64,000 nt of DNA, taken from the NCBI RefSeq assembly GCF_009914755.1, contig NC_060931.1; one strand, given 5' to 3'. The position numbers and the translations under genes were made by a program. This DNA is from the human T2T-CHM13v2.0 reference genome, Homo sapiens. The notes beneath the pieces were generated by a model, which did not search any database, was not told the origin of the DNA, and worked only from the letters and a program-made list of their open reading frames with translations. Below are positions 30,341-41,023 of this stretch, piece by piece (position 1 is the stretch's first letter; every line of letters begins with the position of its first letter).

Positions 30341-30698
30341 ACTCTTTCTTGCAATCACTCAGTTCTGAATTTTATGAAGTTTGCAATTATCATTATTCTA
30401 TATGCTACATATGAACACCTTATCTATCTTTCCAACTTTGTATCTTCATCCAGCTAGTTATCTATTTAGTATCTCTTTATTTATCCACATGCTTAACTGT
30501 CTGTCCAACTAGCTCTCCATCTTTTCTTCTTTCTTCTCCAAACATTACCTATTCCGGAGAATTATAGAGGGGGGAGAGCTCAGAAGATAGGAGAATGGAG
30601 CATGTGTAAGTTTTATAATTATTATTTAAGAAAACTTAAAAAGTTTTCAACTCACCTAATAGGAATTTGTTATTATAATAATATAATACTGATTTATA

Positions 30699-31124
30699 CT
30701 GTTGACCCTAGAACAACAGAGGCTTGAACTACTGGGGCTCACTTTTGTGCAGGTTTCCTCCGCCTCTGCCACCACTGAGACAGCAAAACCAACTCCTCCT
30801 CTGCCTCCTACTCCTCAGCCTACTCAATATGAAGACAAGGAGAATGTTGGCCTTTATGATGATTGACTTTCACTTAATGACTAGTCAAATGTATTTTCTG
30901 TTCCTTATGATTTTTTAAATAACTTTTTTCTCTAGCTTACTTTATTCTAAGAATACAGTATTTAATACACAAAATACATGTTAATCAACTGTTTATGTTA
31001 TCAGTGAGGTTTACAATCAACAGTAGTCTATTGATAGTTATTTTGGGGGAGTCAAAAGTTATACAATGCTTGACTTTGCAAAAGGACAGTGCCCCTAACT
31101 CCTGCATTGTTCGAGGGTCAACTA
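30699..31124 (+). mobile_element. Tigger2a (MER28) MITE, complete
   Basis: Terminal inverted repeats CTGTTGACCCTAGAACAA / TTGTTCGAGGGTCAACTA, TA on both flanks, internal sequence follows Tigger2a. Confidence 0.92.
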
Positions 31125-33399
31125 TAACTATGTATAATAATAAATATAATACCAGTAATATAGTAAAACACAAATAGGATAGTTTGCCATTTCTTCTCAA
31201 TTTGGAAGTGTAACATACACATAAGAGATTATGTGTAAATTCATGCAAAGCTGAAGGAATGGAGAGTTTGCATTTTTACTGTAGCTGTTTTATGGAGAAG
31301 TGGGACAGCTTCCATTCTGACACCTCTTACTGAGGCCCCCTGTGATAAATTCTCTCTGGCCTCCATTTCTCCACTTCCACTGGGCCTATCAAACCTAGCT
31401 CTGGGGATGCCAGAGATCTTCAGATACATTCACAGAAAATGGATATTTCACTCTGCACTAGAAACATTTCAGCTCATGTTGTAATAGTGGCTGTCTCATA
31501 AAGACCTAGTCCAACTCAAAATGTATTTCCTTAATAACCTTTAAATAAGAGTATTTTCAGTTGCACAGATATGCTTGTTAGAAAATACGTTTCCAGATTT
31601 TTCAGAAGATGAATTTCTGAAGAGAAAATTATATAAAGATACCTTTGGTAATAGGTAAAAAAGAGAATCACCGATAGACTATACAAATCTATAAGAAGGC
31701 TTGCACTTCCATAATTCTAAGCTTGTACAATAGATTTCTTTTTAAGGCTATAGTAAATTGTATTCTGAATATCCTTGTACACCTAAAAAAGCATTATTTT
31801 CCAAGCAGGTGCTATAATGTCTTGCTGAGTCAGAGACAGGAATTGTGCATGATGTAATGTCTTTCCAAATCTATTGGGAGTTGATGATCACTAAGATAAG
31901 ACATAGCTTCCAAGGTTCTTCAATATCTGGTTGTTTTCTGCAACAACATTTTATTTACTCATTTAAGAACAGCATGTGATTTTTTTTTTTTTTTTTTTTT
32001 TTGCTCTCTCTCTATGGAACAGAAAGCCATATATTTAGGACTGAGTTTATGAATCAGCAACATAGACATTTCCTAATGGTGTAAATGCATGGTTCAGAAT
32101 AAGGAATCTGAGTCTCACTTTTCTCCTCATCAAAGCATCTAGCTTTATTATAGCTGCCTAAAAATTCTGTTAGCAGAATAAAGGTACTCATCCCATCACC
32201 AAAATTAAATGGGTAAGTCTTAGGGCAATAATGCATTAGCAAAGTGATTCATACCAAAGTGCATAGACAGACATAAATTTCTTCTTCCTATCCACAGGTG
32301 TTGATTCAGAGATCATGGAACATCATAAGGTCACTTGAGCACCATCATGGTGTGTGAATGAAAGTAAAGTATAAGAACAAGGATGGCTTTTTGGCCATTG
32401 CCAATGTTTATTTCACTATTTTCTGTAGAGTTAATCCTGATTGTAAAGACATTGCCTAATTAAGAAGAACGTGCCCTCTACATATGTAAAAACTGGGTTA
32501 AAATATATTTGGTTTTTACAATTCAGCAAAGGGAAAATTTCATTTTTAATAACGATTATTCAAATGTATTAAAGGTCTACAGCTATAAAATATTTTGCCA
32601 TATTCAATAGCAATATTCAAGTTCATTAAAGATCCATAGTTATAAGGATTTATTGGATGCTGATATTTGAACATCATTGAAGGGATTGTGAAATACTAAT
32701 AAAGGGAAGATCCCAAACTAAAAATCAGCGTCTCCATAATCCCAATCCAAGGCCTTTACTTTACTATTTGATACAGTTCATTTTTGTCAGGCAACACAGC
32801 TATACATTTTAATTGAAATTTTAAAATGACAGACTTGATCAATAAAAATTCCCTGTGGTGACAATAGTTTTTAAATCTAATCATGATAGAAGAACTATGT
32901 GATTACAGACACTGGCCAAAATAAATAAGTGCTATCCACTGAATAGGATGCTTTTCTTCCTTATTTAAATCTGCTGGAAGACCTGCTTACTCAACAAGCT
33001 AAATTGATTATTAGCTTAGAAAACTTGCTTTCCCAAGGGTATATGCTACCTGTAATGGCGGTTCAGACACATATTCAGTACACAAATTAATCATTTCCTC
33101 AATTGAGTACAGCTAATCCAAAATGTTTAAAGGTATATATGATAAGAGCTGAATAGATTGGGCACCAAGTTACTCTCATACACCAGTGACTTCAGCTATT
33201 ATATCTGAAACATTCACTCTCCAGCACAAAGCAACCAAGAGAGCAGGGAAATTGCCAGAAAAATCAGGGTTAACCTCATCTTTGGATAATACTCACTTGC
33301 TATGTTTGTCAGTTTAAAATTTACTACTGAAGGTATCTATGGTGTCAAGAATTACAAGAATCTCAAAAAGAGTTCATCATTTACTCTTTCATTAGATGG

Positions 33400-33985
33400 T
33401 ATATTAGTCAGGGATTTCCAGGGGGACAGAACTAATAGAAAAAATATATATATATGTAAATATATATAATACTAAATAAACTCAATATATATACAGAATA
33501 AAAATATATATAAAAAATATATATAAAATGCTACTCAATAAACTCTCTTCATATATATATATATATATATTTTTTTTTTTTTTACTATACTAATACTCTT
33601 GTGAGTATTAATTCACATGATCACAAGGTCCCACAGGAGGCTGTCTCCAAGCTGAAGAGCAAGGAAGCCAGTCCGAGTTCCAAAGCTGAAGAACTTGGAG
33701 TTCGATGAGTGGATGTTTGAGGGCAGAAAGTATCTAGCTTGGGGGAAAGATGTAGGCTGGGAGGCTAAGCCAGTCCAGCCTTTTCATGTTTGTCTACCTG
33801 CTTTATATCCTGGCCACACTGGCAGCTGATTATATGGTGTCCACCTAGATTAAGGATATGTCTGCTTTCCCAACCCACTGACTCAAATATGAATCTCCTT
33901 TGGCAACACCCTCACAGACACAACCATGATCAATAATTTGCATGCTTCAATGCAATCAAGTTGACGCTCAGTATTAACCATCACA
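33400..33985 (-). mobile_element. HERV-L 3' LTR (MLT2A1/A2) with a rearranged AT-rich segment
   Basis: Minus strand starts TGTGATGGTTAATACTGAGCGTCAACTTGATTG; direct repeat of 39607-40068. Confidence 0.95.
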
Positions 33986-34001
33986 AGTCCACCCCTCGTC
34001 A
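33986..34001 (-). other. Polypurine tract (plus-strand primer site)
   Basis: Minus strand GACGAGGGGTGGACT immediately before the 3' LTR. Confidence 0.85.
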
Positions 34002-34362
34002 AATTGAACCCATACACATCCCCTGAGATTATACATAATCTTCAAATAAAGACAATAATAAGGTCATAATTTTGCCTAACATAATACAACTATCCTTCTT
34101 AGAACCGGAAATGCACTAATCCCCAACCCAAATACTATTACATAAAGTTAACAATACTTAAGTGCTGATATGAAATTAATAAATGTTATGTCACATGATA
34201 AAGGAAAAAGAAAACAAAATGAAGATATTTTCTTAGTACAAGTGTAAACATGCACAAACCTGCTTTTAATGAAAGAAAGAGGAAATACTCATAACAATCA
34301 CAGTCCTTGTTTCTGCAGCTTGTCACGTGGTCATAGCTGGTATTGATGACTACCTTCTTCTG

Positions 34363-34866
34363 CTACCCATTCTGTATTCCTTTTGACTTTAGCAAGCACC
34401 TCAGCAGGTAGTGTTTTTTTCCTGGTAGAGTGACACAAACCTTCATTCCTGAAGGGTCTGGACCATTTGTAGTCCTGCCTAGATTGGGCTGTTGTAGGTT
34501 CCCATTGACCTTAATCACAGGGCATGGAAATACTAAGAGACGCCCTAATGGATCTCCTGTATTCCATGCGTACTCTTCCTTACCTCTGTTGTGGAAAAGT
34601 AGACTGATTTCATCTCGATAGTGCAGGTAAATCCCACCAGCAAACACTGTAACTCCCTTCTTAGCCTGTTGACTTAAAGGTAGGAGGAGCCCAAAGTGTC
34701 CAAGTGGCAATCTTAACTTCCAGTCTAATGAAACCACTGTTGTGTCTCCTGGTGGCAGCATTCCTCCCTCTAGGCCAGCAGAACATAATATCACAGAAAC
34801 AAGAAGCAAAAATTTTGCTAGTGGATCACCACGGGTGATGGTGAGTGGTGCCACTTCCACTTCCAC
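34363..34866 (-). pseudogene. dut: HERV-L dUTPase region (open for 167 codons, motif 3 degenerate)
   Basis: GGMLPPGDTTVVSLDWKLRLPLGHFGLLLPLSQQAKKGVTVFAGGIYLHYRDEISLLFHN, located after integrase as in ERV-L. Confidence 0.88.
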
Positions 34867-34869
34867 CCC

Positions 34870-37830
34870 TTGATGCCTAGACCCAAGAATCCTGGCTGTG
34901 AGAGAAACAATACCATATATTGGATGCTAATTCAGAGCATACACAGATTTCTGGAGAACTTTGCCCCAGTCCTGCAAAGTATTGTCACCGAGATGGCACT
35001 GTAAATGTGACTTCAAAAGGCCATTCCACCATTCTATCAATTCAGCTGCTTGAGGATGATGAGGAACATGGTAAGACCAGTGAATTCTATAAGCAGGAGC
35101 CCACTGCCGCACTTCTTTAGCTGTAAAGTGATTCCTTGGTCAGAGGTAATGCTGTGTGAAATACCATGAGAATGGATAAGGTATTCTGTGAGTCCGCGCA
35201 TGGTAGGCTTGGCAGAAGCATGTGTGCAGGATAGGCAAACCCATGTCCATCTTAAGTGTCTATTCCAGTGAGGACAAACCTCTACCCTTTCCATTATGGA
35301 AGAGGTCCAATATAATCAACCTGTCACCAAGAAACTGGCTGATTACCCCAAGGAATGGTGCCATATTGAGGGCTCAGTGTTGTTCTCTGCTGCTGGCAAA
35401 CTGGGCACTCAGCAGTGGCCATAGCCAGGTCAGCCTTGGTGAGTGGAAATCCATGTTGCTGAACCTATGTGTAACTTTTATCCCTGCTACCATAGCCACT
35501 TTGTTCATGGGCCCATTGGACAATGACAAAGGTGTGTGGGGAAAGAGGCTGAGTTGTGTCCACAGAACAAGTCATCCTATCCACTTGATTATTAAAATCC
35601 TCCTCTGCTGAGCTCACCAGTTGGTGAGCACTCACATGGGATACAAATGTCTTTACAGTTTTTGACCACTCGGAGAAGTTCATCCACATACCTCTTTTCC
35701 AAATTTCTTTGTCACCAATTTTCCAATCATGCTTCTTCCAAGTCCCTTACCATCCAGCCAAACCATTGGCTACAGTCCATAAATCATTGTATAATCACAC
35801 ATCTGGCCATTTCTCCTTCCATGCAAAGGGCACAACCAGGGGCACTGCTCAACCTTCTGCCCACTGGGAAGATTTGTATTCACCACTGTCCTTCAGGGAT
35901 GTCCAAGAAAGGCGTAGTGCTGCAGCTGTCCACTTTCAAGTGGTGCCTGCATATCGTGCAGAACCATCTGTGAACCAGCACCTAATCTTCTTGTTCCTCT
36001 CTCAACTGATCATAGGGAACTCCGCATGAGGCCATCGGTGCAGACTGAGGGAGAGAAGGCAGGGTGGCAGGAGTGGGGACCATGGACATTTGAGTCACTT
36101 CCTTATGTTACTTACTTGTGCCTTCAGGACTTGCTCAAGCCCAACCATGTGTATACCACTTCCATTTGATGATTTGATGATGGAATGCTGCTGTGCATGA
36201 CCTACTTTATGGCTAGATGGGTCAGAAAGCACCCAGATCCTGATAGACAGTTCAGGTCACACGGTGGCTTGATGACATATTGTCAAACATTCAGTTTCCA
36301 CCAAAGCCCAGTAATAGGCAAAGAACTGTCTTTCAGAAGGAGAGTAGCTATCTAAAGAAGATGGCAGGGCCTTGCTCGAAAATCCCAGAGGCTTCTGCTG
36401 TGATTCACCTATGGGGGTCTGCAAAAGGCTCCAACAGCATCCCTATCCGCCACTAGCACCTCAAGCATCATTGGATCTGCTGGCTCATAAAGCCTAAGTG
36501 GCAGAGCAGCCTGGACCTGTTGCAGAGTCTTATCCTGTTCTGGACCCCACTCAAAACTGGCAGCCTTTCAGGTCACTCAATAAATGGGCTGGAGTAACAC
36601 ACCCAAATGAGGAATGTGTTGCCTCCAAAATCCAAATAGGTCCACTAGGCATTGTGCCTCTTTCTTGATTGTAGGAGGGGCCAAATGCAGCAACTTATCC
36701 TTCACCTTAGAAGGAATATCTCAACAGGCCCCATACCACTGAACCCCTAGAAATTTTACTGAGGTAGAAGGTCCCTGAATTTTAGTCAGATTTATTTCCC
36801 ATCCTCTGGCACACAAATGTCTCACCAATAATTCCAATGTGTTTGCTACTTCTTGCTCACCGGATCCAATCAGCATAATGTCATCAATGTAACAGACCAG
36901 TGTGATTTCTTGTGGAAGCAAAAAACAATCAAGATCTCTCTGAGTAAGATTGTGACACAAAGCCGGAGAGTTGATATACCCCTAAGGTAGGACAGTAAAG
37001 GTATATTACTGGCCTCGCCAGTTGAAGGCAAATTGCTTCTGGTGGGACTTATGGACAGGAATGGATAAAAAGGCATTTGCCAAGTCAATGGCTGCATACC
37101 AGGTACCAAGAGATGTGTTAATTTGCTCAAGCAATGAAACTACATCTGGTACAGCGGCTGCAATTGGAGTCACCACTTGGATAAGCTTACAATAATCCAC
37201 TGTTATTCTCCAAGATCCATCTGTCTTCTGCACAGGCCAGATAGGAGAGATGAATGGGAATGTCGTGGGAATCATTGCCCCTGCATCTTTCAAGTCCTTG
37301 ATGGTGGCACTAATCTCTGCAATCCCTCCAGGAATGCAATAATGGTTTAGATTTACTATTTTTCTGGGTAGAGGCAGCCCCAATGGCTTCCAATGGGCCT
37401 TTCTCACCATAATAGCCCTCACCCTACCAGTCAGGGAGCCAATGTGGGGGTTCTGTCAGCTGCTAAGTCTGTCTATGCCGATTATGCATTCTGGCACTGG
37501 GGAAATGACCACAGGATGAGTTCAGGGATCCACAGGACCCACTGTAAGTCAGGCCTGGGCTAAAACTTCATTAATTACCTGACCTCCATAAACCGCTATG
37601 TTAACTGGAAGAACACAATTACATTTTGGGTCCCCTGGAATCAACATCAGCTCAGAGCCAATGGCCAGTAGTCCCTGAAATGTCTGATCATTTCCCTGTT
37701 CCCTATGAAGAGTTAGCCTGGTAAAAGGCTGGAGGTCTCCTTGGGGAAGGATGGGACAAAGATTCACTGCATAAATTGTTGGTAAGGTAACAGGATCCTT
37801 CCTCAAGGGGACCTGGTCTCCCCTTCATTC
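34870..37830 (-). pseudogene. pol: HERV-L protease-RT-RNase H-integrase, broken by stops and frameshifts
   Basis: Protease LLAIGSELMLIPGDP (consensus LLDTGS); [37 protein letters not shown]; RNase H VSHVSAHQ...NNQVDR; integrase SITSDQG, HWSYHVPHHPQAAELIEWWNGLLK. Confidence 0.95.
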
Positions 37831-39545
37831 AAGGGGTTCTGGGTCTGTAAACTGGCTCAAGTCCGGAAATTGACTGAGGGGCTGTGATTCTGTTTTTATA
37901 ATTCAAATCAATCATTTGTCCACTCGACCTGGAAGTTTTCTGCTTATATAAATTAGGTAGGAATGCAGTCGGCTTCCTATCAAATTCACTTCTAGAAACA
38001 CTGTAATTAGCAAATGCCAGAGCTCTACACAAGTCAGACTATTCTGATTGCTGCTTTGCCTCTGCTGTTCATTATAGTAGCTATGCCCACCTTTCCTTTG
38101 ATGGTTGAGTGCTGCCACTTGGCCCCTGCCACCTCGGGATCCAATTATTCCCATTGTATTTAAATTTCATAGTTGAGTGACTGCAGTTCCCACTGTTAGA
38201 TTTGATATACAGAGAAGAGCAATTACAGGGCTCTTCAAAGATATAGGTGCTGCCCTCACAAATCTATTTTGCAAAGCATTGGTCAAGGATATATCTTCTG
38301 GTCCCTCCCAGCTGAGATGAGTAGGTCTAAGGTGACATCCACTCCACCATCCCAATCTCCCTAGGCCTTTGGATCCCTTCCTTTACATTAAACCAAGGAT
38401 AATCAGGCATTTCCAACTCACTCACAGTGGACCATCTTTCAATCCATATTTCAGCTAACCAAGCAACTAAACTATTAGAACATTTTTTAACTCCCTGAGC
38501 TGCAACACTAAATGCAGAATCCCTACTTAGTGGGCCCAAATCAAACAATTTAGCCTGATCCAACTCTATATTCCTTCTACCATTATCCCATACCCTTAAT
38601 ATCCATTACCATGCCTCTTCTCCAGATTTCTGCTTATATAAATTAGAAAACTCAAGCAGTTCTTCTCAAGTGTAGCACACCTCCTCATGGGTCATACTCT
38701 TAACCTCACCTCTAGGGGCCCACTGGGACTTTAGTCTAGTTATAGGTCTAGAAACAAACAGGGGCATTGGGGTGTTGGGGTGGCTTCAGAGGAGAATCGA
38801 CATTATCTTCCCCAGCAACTGCCTCAGGGGAGGCCATCAATGTTGCCTGAGGTAGCACAGGGTTTATCTCCTCAGACAAAGGTGGAAAGGCTGATGGGAG
38901 CATAGGTTGGGGAGGGGATGTTGCCACTACTGGGAATGGGGAAGCTGTTCCTTCTGTCAAAAAGTTTCATCAGAGTTTACAAGCTCAGTGTTCCCAACTT
39001 CATCAGGGTCCTCCCACTCCCCATTCTGAGTTGCAGGATCCCATTCTTTTCCAATCAATGCCCTCACTTTAACAGTAGACACTTGGCAAGGCAGTGCATA
39101 AACCTTTCATTGCAGGTCACCCACTGCATGATAAGAGCTTGTGTCTGTTTGTCCACAATTTCGGCTCTTTCTTTACAGAAAATAAGACTCTCACTTAGGG
39201 CAATCTTAGCAGATTTGAGGCTCAGTATCTGCTTCCAAAGTTGGGAGTTTGAATCTCTGAGTTCATCATTTTCTTTCATCATTTTGTCCAGTGAACTTAG
39301 GAGCAACCAACAAACTTCATTATGTTCCTTGGTTATCTAGACATAGTCAAAGTATTATGTATAGAGTCACTAAACTTTTGCCTCTCAATAGTTGTGAATC
39401 AGGAGTGTCAAATGCATTTTTTTGGCATCAGTCTCTAAACAGTTCATGCCAAGGACTATCAGTGTTCTCCATACTATTAGAAGTAGAGTCCTTAGCATCT
39501 TTGGATCTAATCATATTAAGTAGCCAACTCCAGAAACCCCAAAAC
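37830..39545 (-). pseudogene. gag: HERV-L gag, fragmented
   Basis: Fragments LLSSLDKMMKENDELRDSNSQL, DQAKLFDLGPLSRDSAFSVAA, WEGPEDISLTNALQNRFVRAAP, GSRGGRGQVAALNHQRKGG are typical ERV-L Gag. Confidence 0.92.
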
Positions 39546-39586
39546 CAATGAAAGAACTCCATTCTTAATATTCTGTTCCTCTAGAA

Positions 39587-39601
39587 CCACTCCTGGTACC
39601 A
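39587..39601 (-). other. Primer-binding site complementary to the tRNA-Leu 3' end
   Basis: Minus strand TGGTACCAGGAGTGG, 5 nt downstream of the 5' LTR. Confidence 0.9.
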
Positions 39602-39606
39602 AAACC

Positions 39607-40068
39607 TGTATTAATCAGGGTTCTGTAGAGGCACAGAACTAATAGGTTATACATATACCTATAAAGCGGAATTTATTAAGTAGTATTAACTCGCACGATC
39701 ACAACATCCTGCAATAGACTATCTGCAAACTTAGGAGCAAGGAAGCCAGTCCGAGTCCCAAAGCGGAAGAACTTAGAGTCTGATGTTTGGACGTTCAAGG
39801 GCAGGAAGCATCCAGCACAGGAGAAAGATGTAGGCTGGGAGGCTAAGCCAGTCTACCCTTTTCATGTTTTTCTGCCTGCTTTATATCCTGGCCGCACTGG
39901 CAGCTGATTAGATGGTGCCCACCCAGATTAAGGGTGGGTCTGTCTTTCTTTCTCAGCCCACTGACTCAAATGTTAATCTCTTTTGACAACACCCCCACAG
40001 ACACACCCAGAATCAATACTTTGCATCCTTCAATGCCATCAAGGTGACACTCAGTATTAACTATCCCA
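39607..40068 (-). mobile_element. HERV-L 5' LTR (MLT2A1/A2)
   Basis: TG...CA termini on the minus strand, TATA-like GATATAAAG, AATAAA (TTTATT on + at about 39672); homologous to 33400-33985. Confidence 0.95.
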
Positions 40069-40790
40069 GATGCCTCGTTTCACCTGAATTTTACTTCAAG
40101 GGCTTCCTTTGTAACTGAAAATACAACCATTTACTCATCCATCAAATTTGTAAATATTTTTACTTACATTGCTTTTAGATTTGTCTTTATTCTTTTTCTT
40201 ATTTTAAATATAATTTCTTTACTAACTTTCTGCTATTTTATCTGATAATTTTTAAAATATTTTCTTGCAGATGTTGTCAACTCATTATTTATTCTCTGTG
40301 TTCCTGACAAGACAGATTTTATAACTAAAGATCAAACAGTCAAACAACAAACATAGAAACAAGCAAAACCAAGTATCAGCAGAGTTTGGGAGTATAACAA
40401 CTGGAGGGTTTGGAGAACTCTGATGATAGAATTTTTCAGCATGGGTCCAGTTGCATTTGATTTTACACGGACAGACAATTATATTTTAAATTCCATAATC
40501 CCTCTTCCTCCTTCCTTTTACACTCTCACAGAAGAAGCAGTGCAGTACCTCCTCCAAGATGAATCAATACCTACACAATACAGTTGTCTTTCTAGGATTT
40601 TTATTTGATTCTCATTCATTTAAATGTACACTTTCATTTTTCTGTCCCTCACACATTACATTTTCTTTTTTATTAGTCTTATAAATTTGAAATTTTACCA
40701 GCATATGTGAACCATTTTTCATTTTTTATTCTCTCCTGTCATGGGCTTTCACATCAAAAGCTCAGTGTGCTTCTTTCTATGTGGCCATAA

Positions 40791-41023
40791 TATGATGATG
40801 ATGATGATCATGATGGTGATGATCATGGTGGTGGTGGTGGTGATGATGATGGTGGTTGTGGTGATAATGGAGATGATTGTGGTGGTGGTGATGATAGTGT
40901 TGATGATGATGGTTGTGTTGATGGTGGTGTTGGTGATGGTGATGATGATGATGGTGGTGATGGTGGTGGTGGTGATGGTGGTGATGATGATGATGATAGT
41001 GGTTGTGGTGAGGATGATAATAA
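40791..41023. repeat. Compound (GAT/GGT)n trinucleotide repeat, about 230 bp
   Basis: In-phase ATG/GTG/ATA triplets; source of the poly-Met/Val, poly-His and poly-Ile/Thr ORFs. Confidence 0.95.

Larger units (their letters stand above)
33400..40068 (-). mobile_element. Full-length HERV-L (ERVL) provirus with MLT2A LTRs
   Basis: Two LTRs, PBS, PPT, gag/pro/pol/dUTPase remnants, no env; TSD GATGG (33395-33399) / GATGC (40069-40073). Confidence 0.97.

Noticed and set aside
33986-34362. Possible env between dUTPase and the 3' LTR
   Set aside because: Under 400 bp, AT-rich and without an ORF; ERV-L lacks env.
34430-39551. Plus-strand ORFs inside HERV-L and antisense ORFs in the L1s (e.g. 46949-47464, 48778-49059)
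   Set aside because: Shadow frames opposite retroelement sequence.
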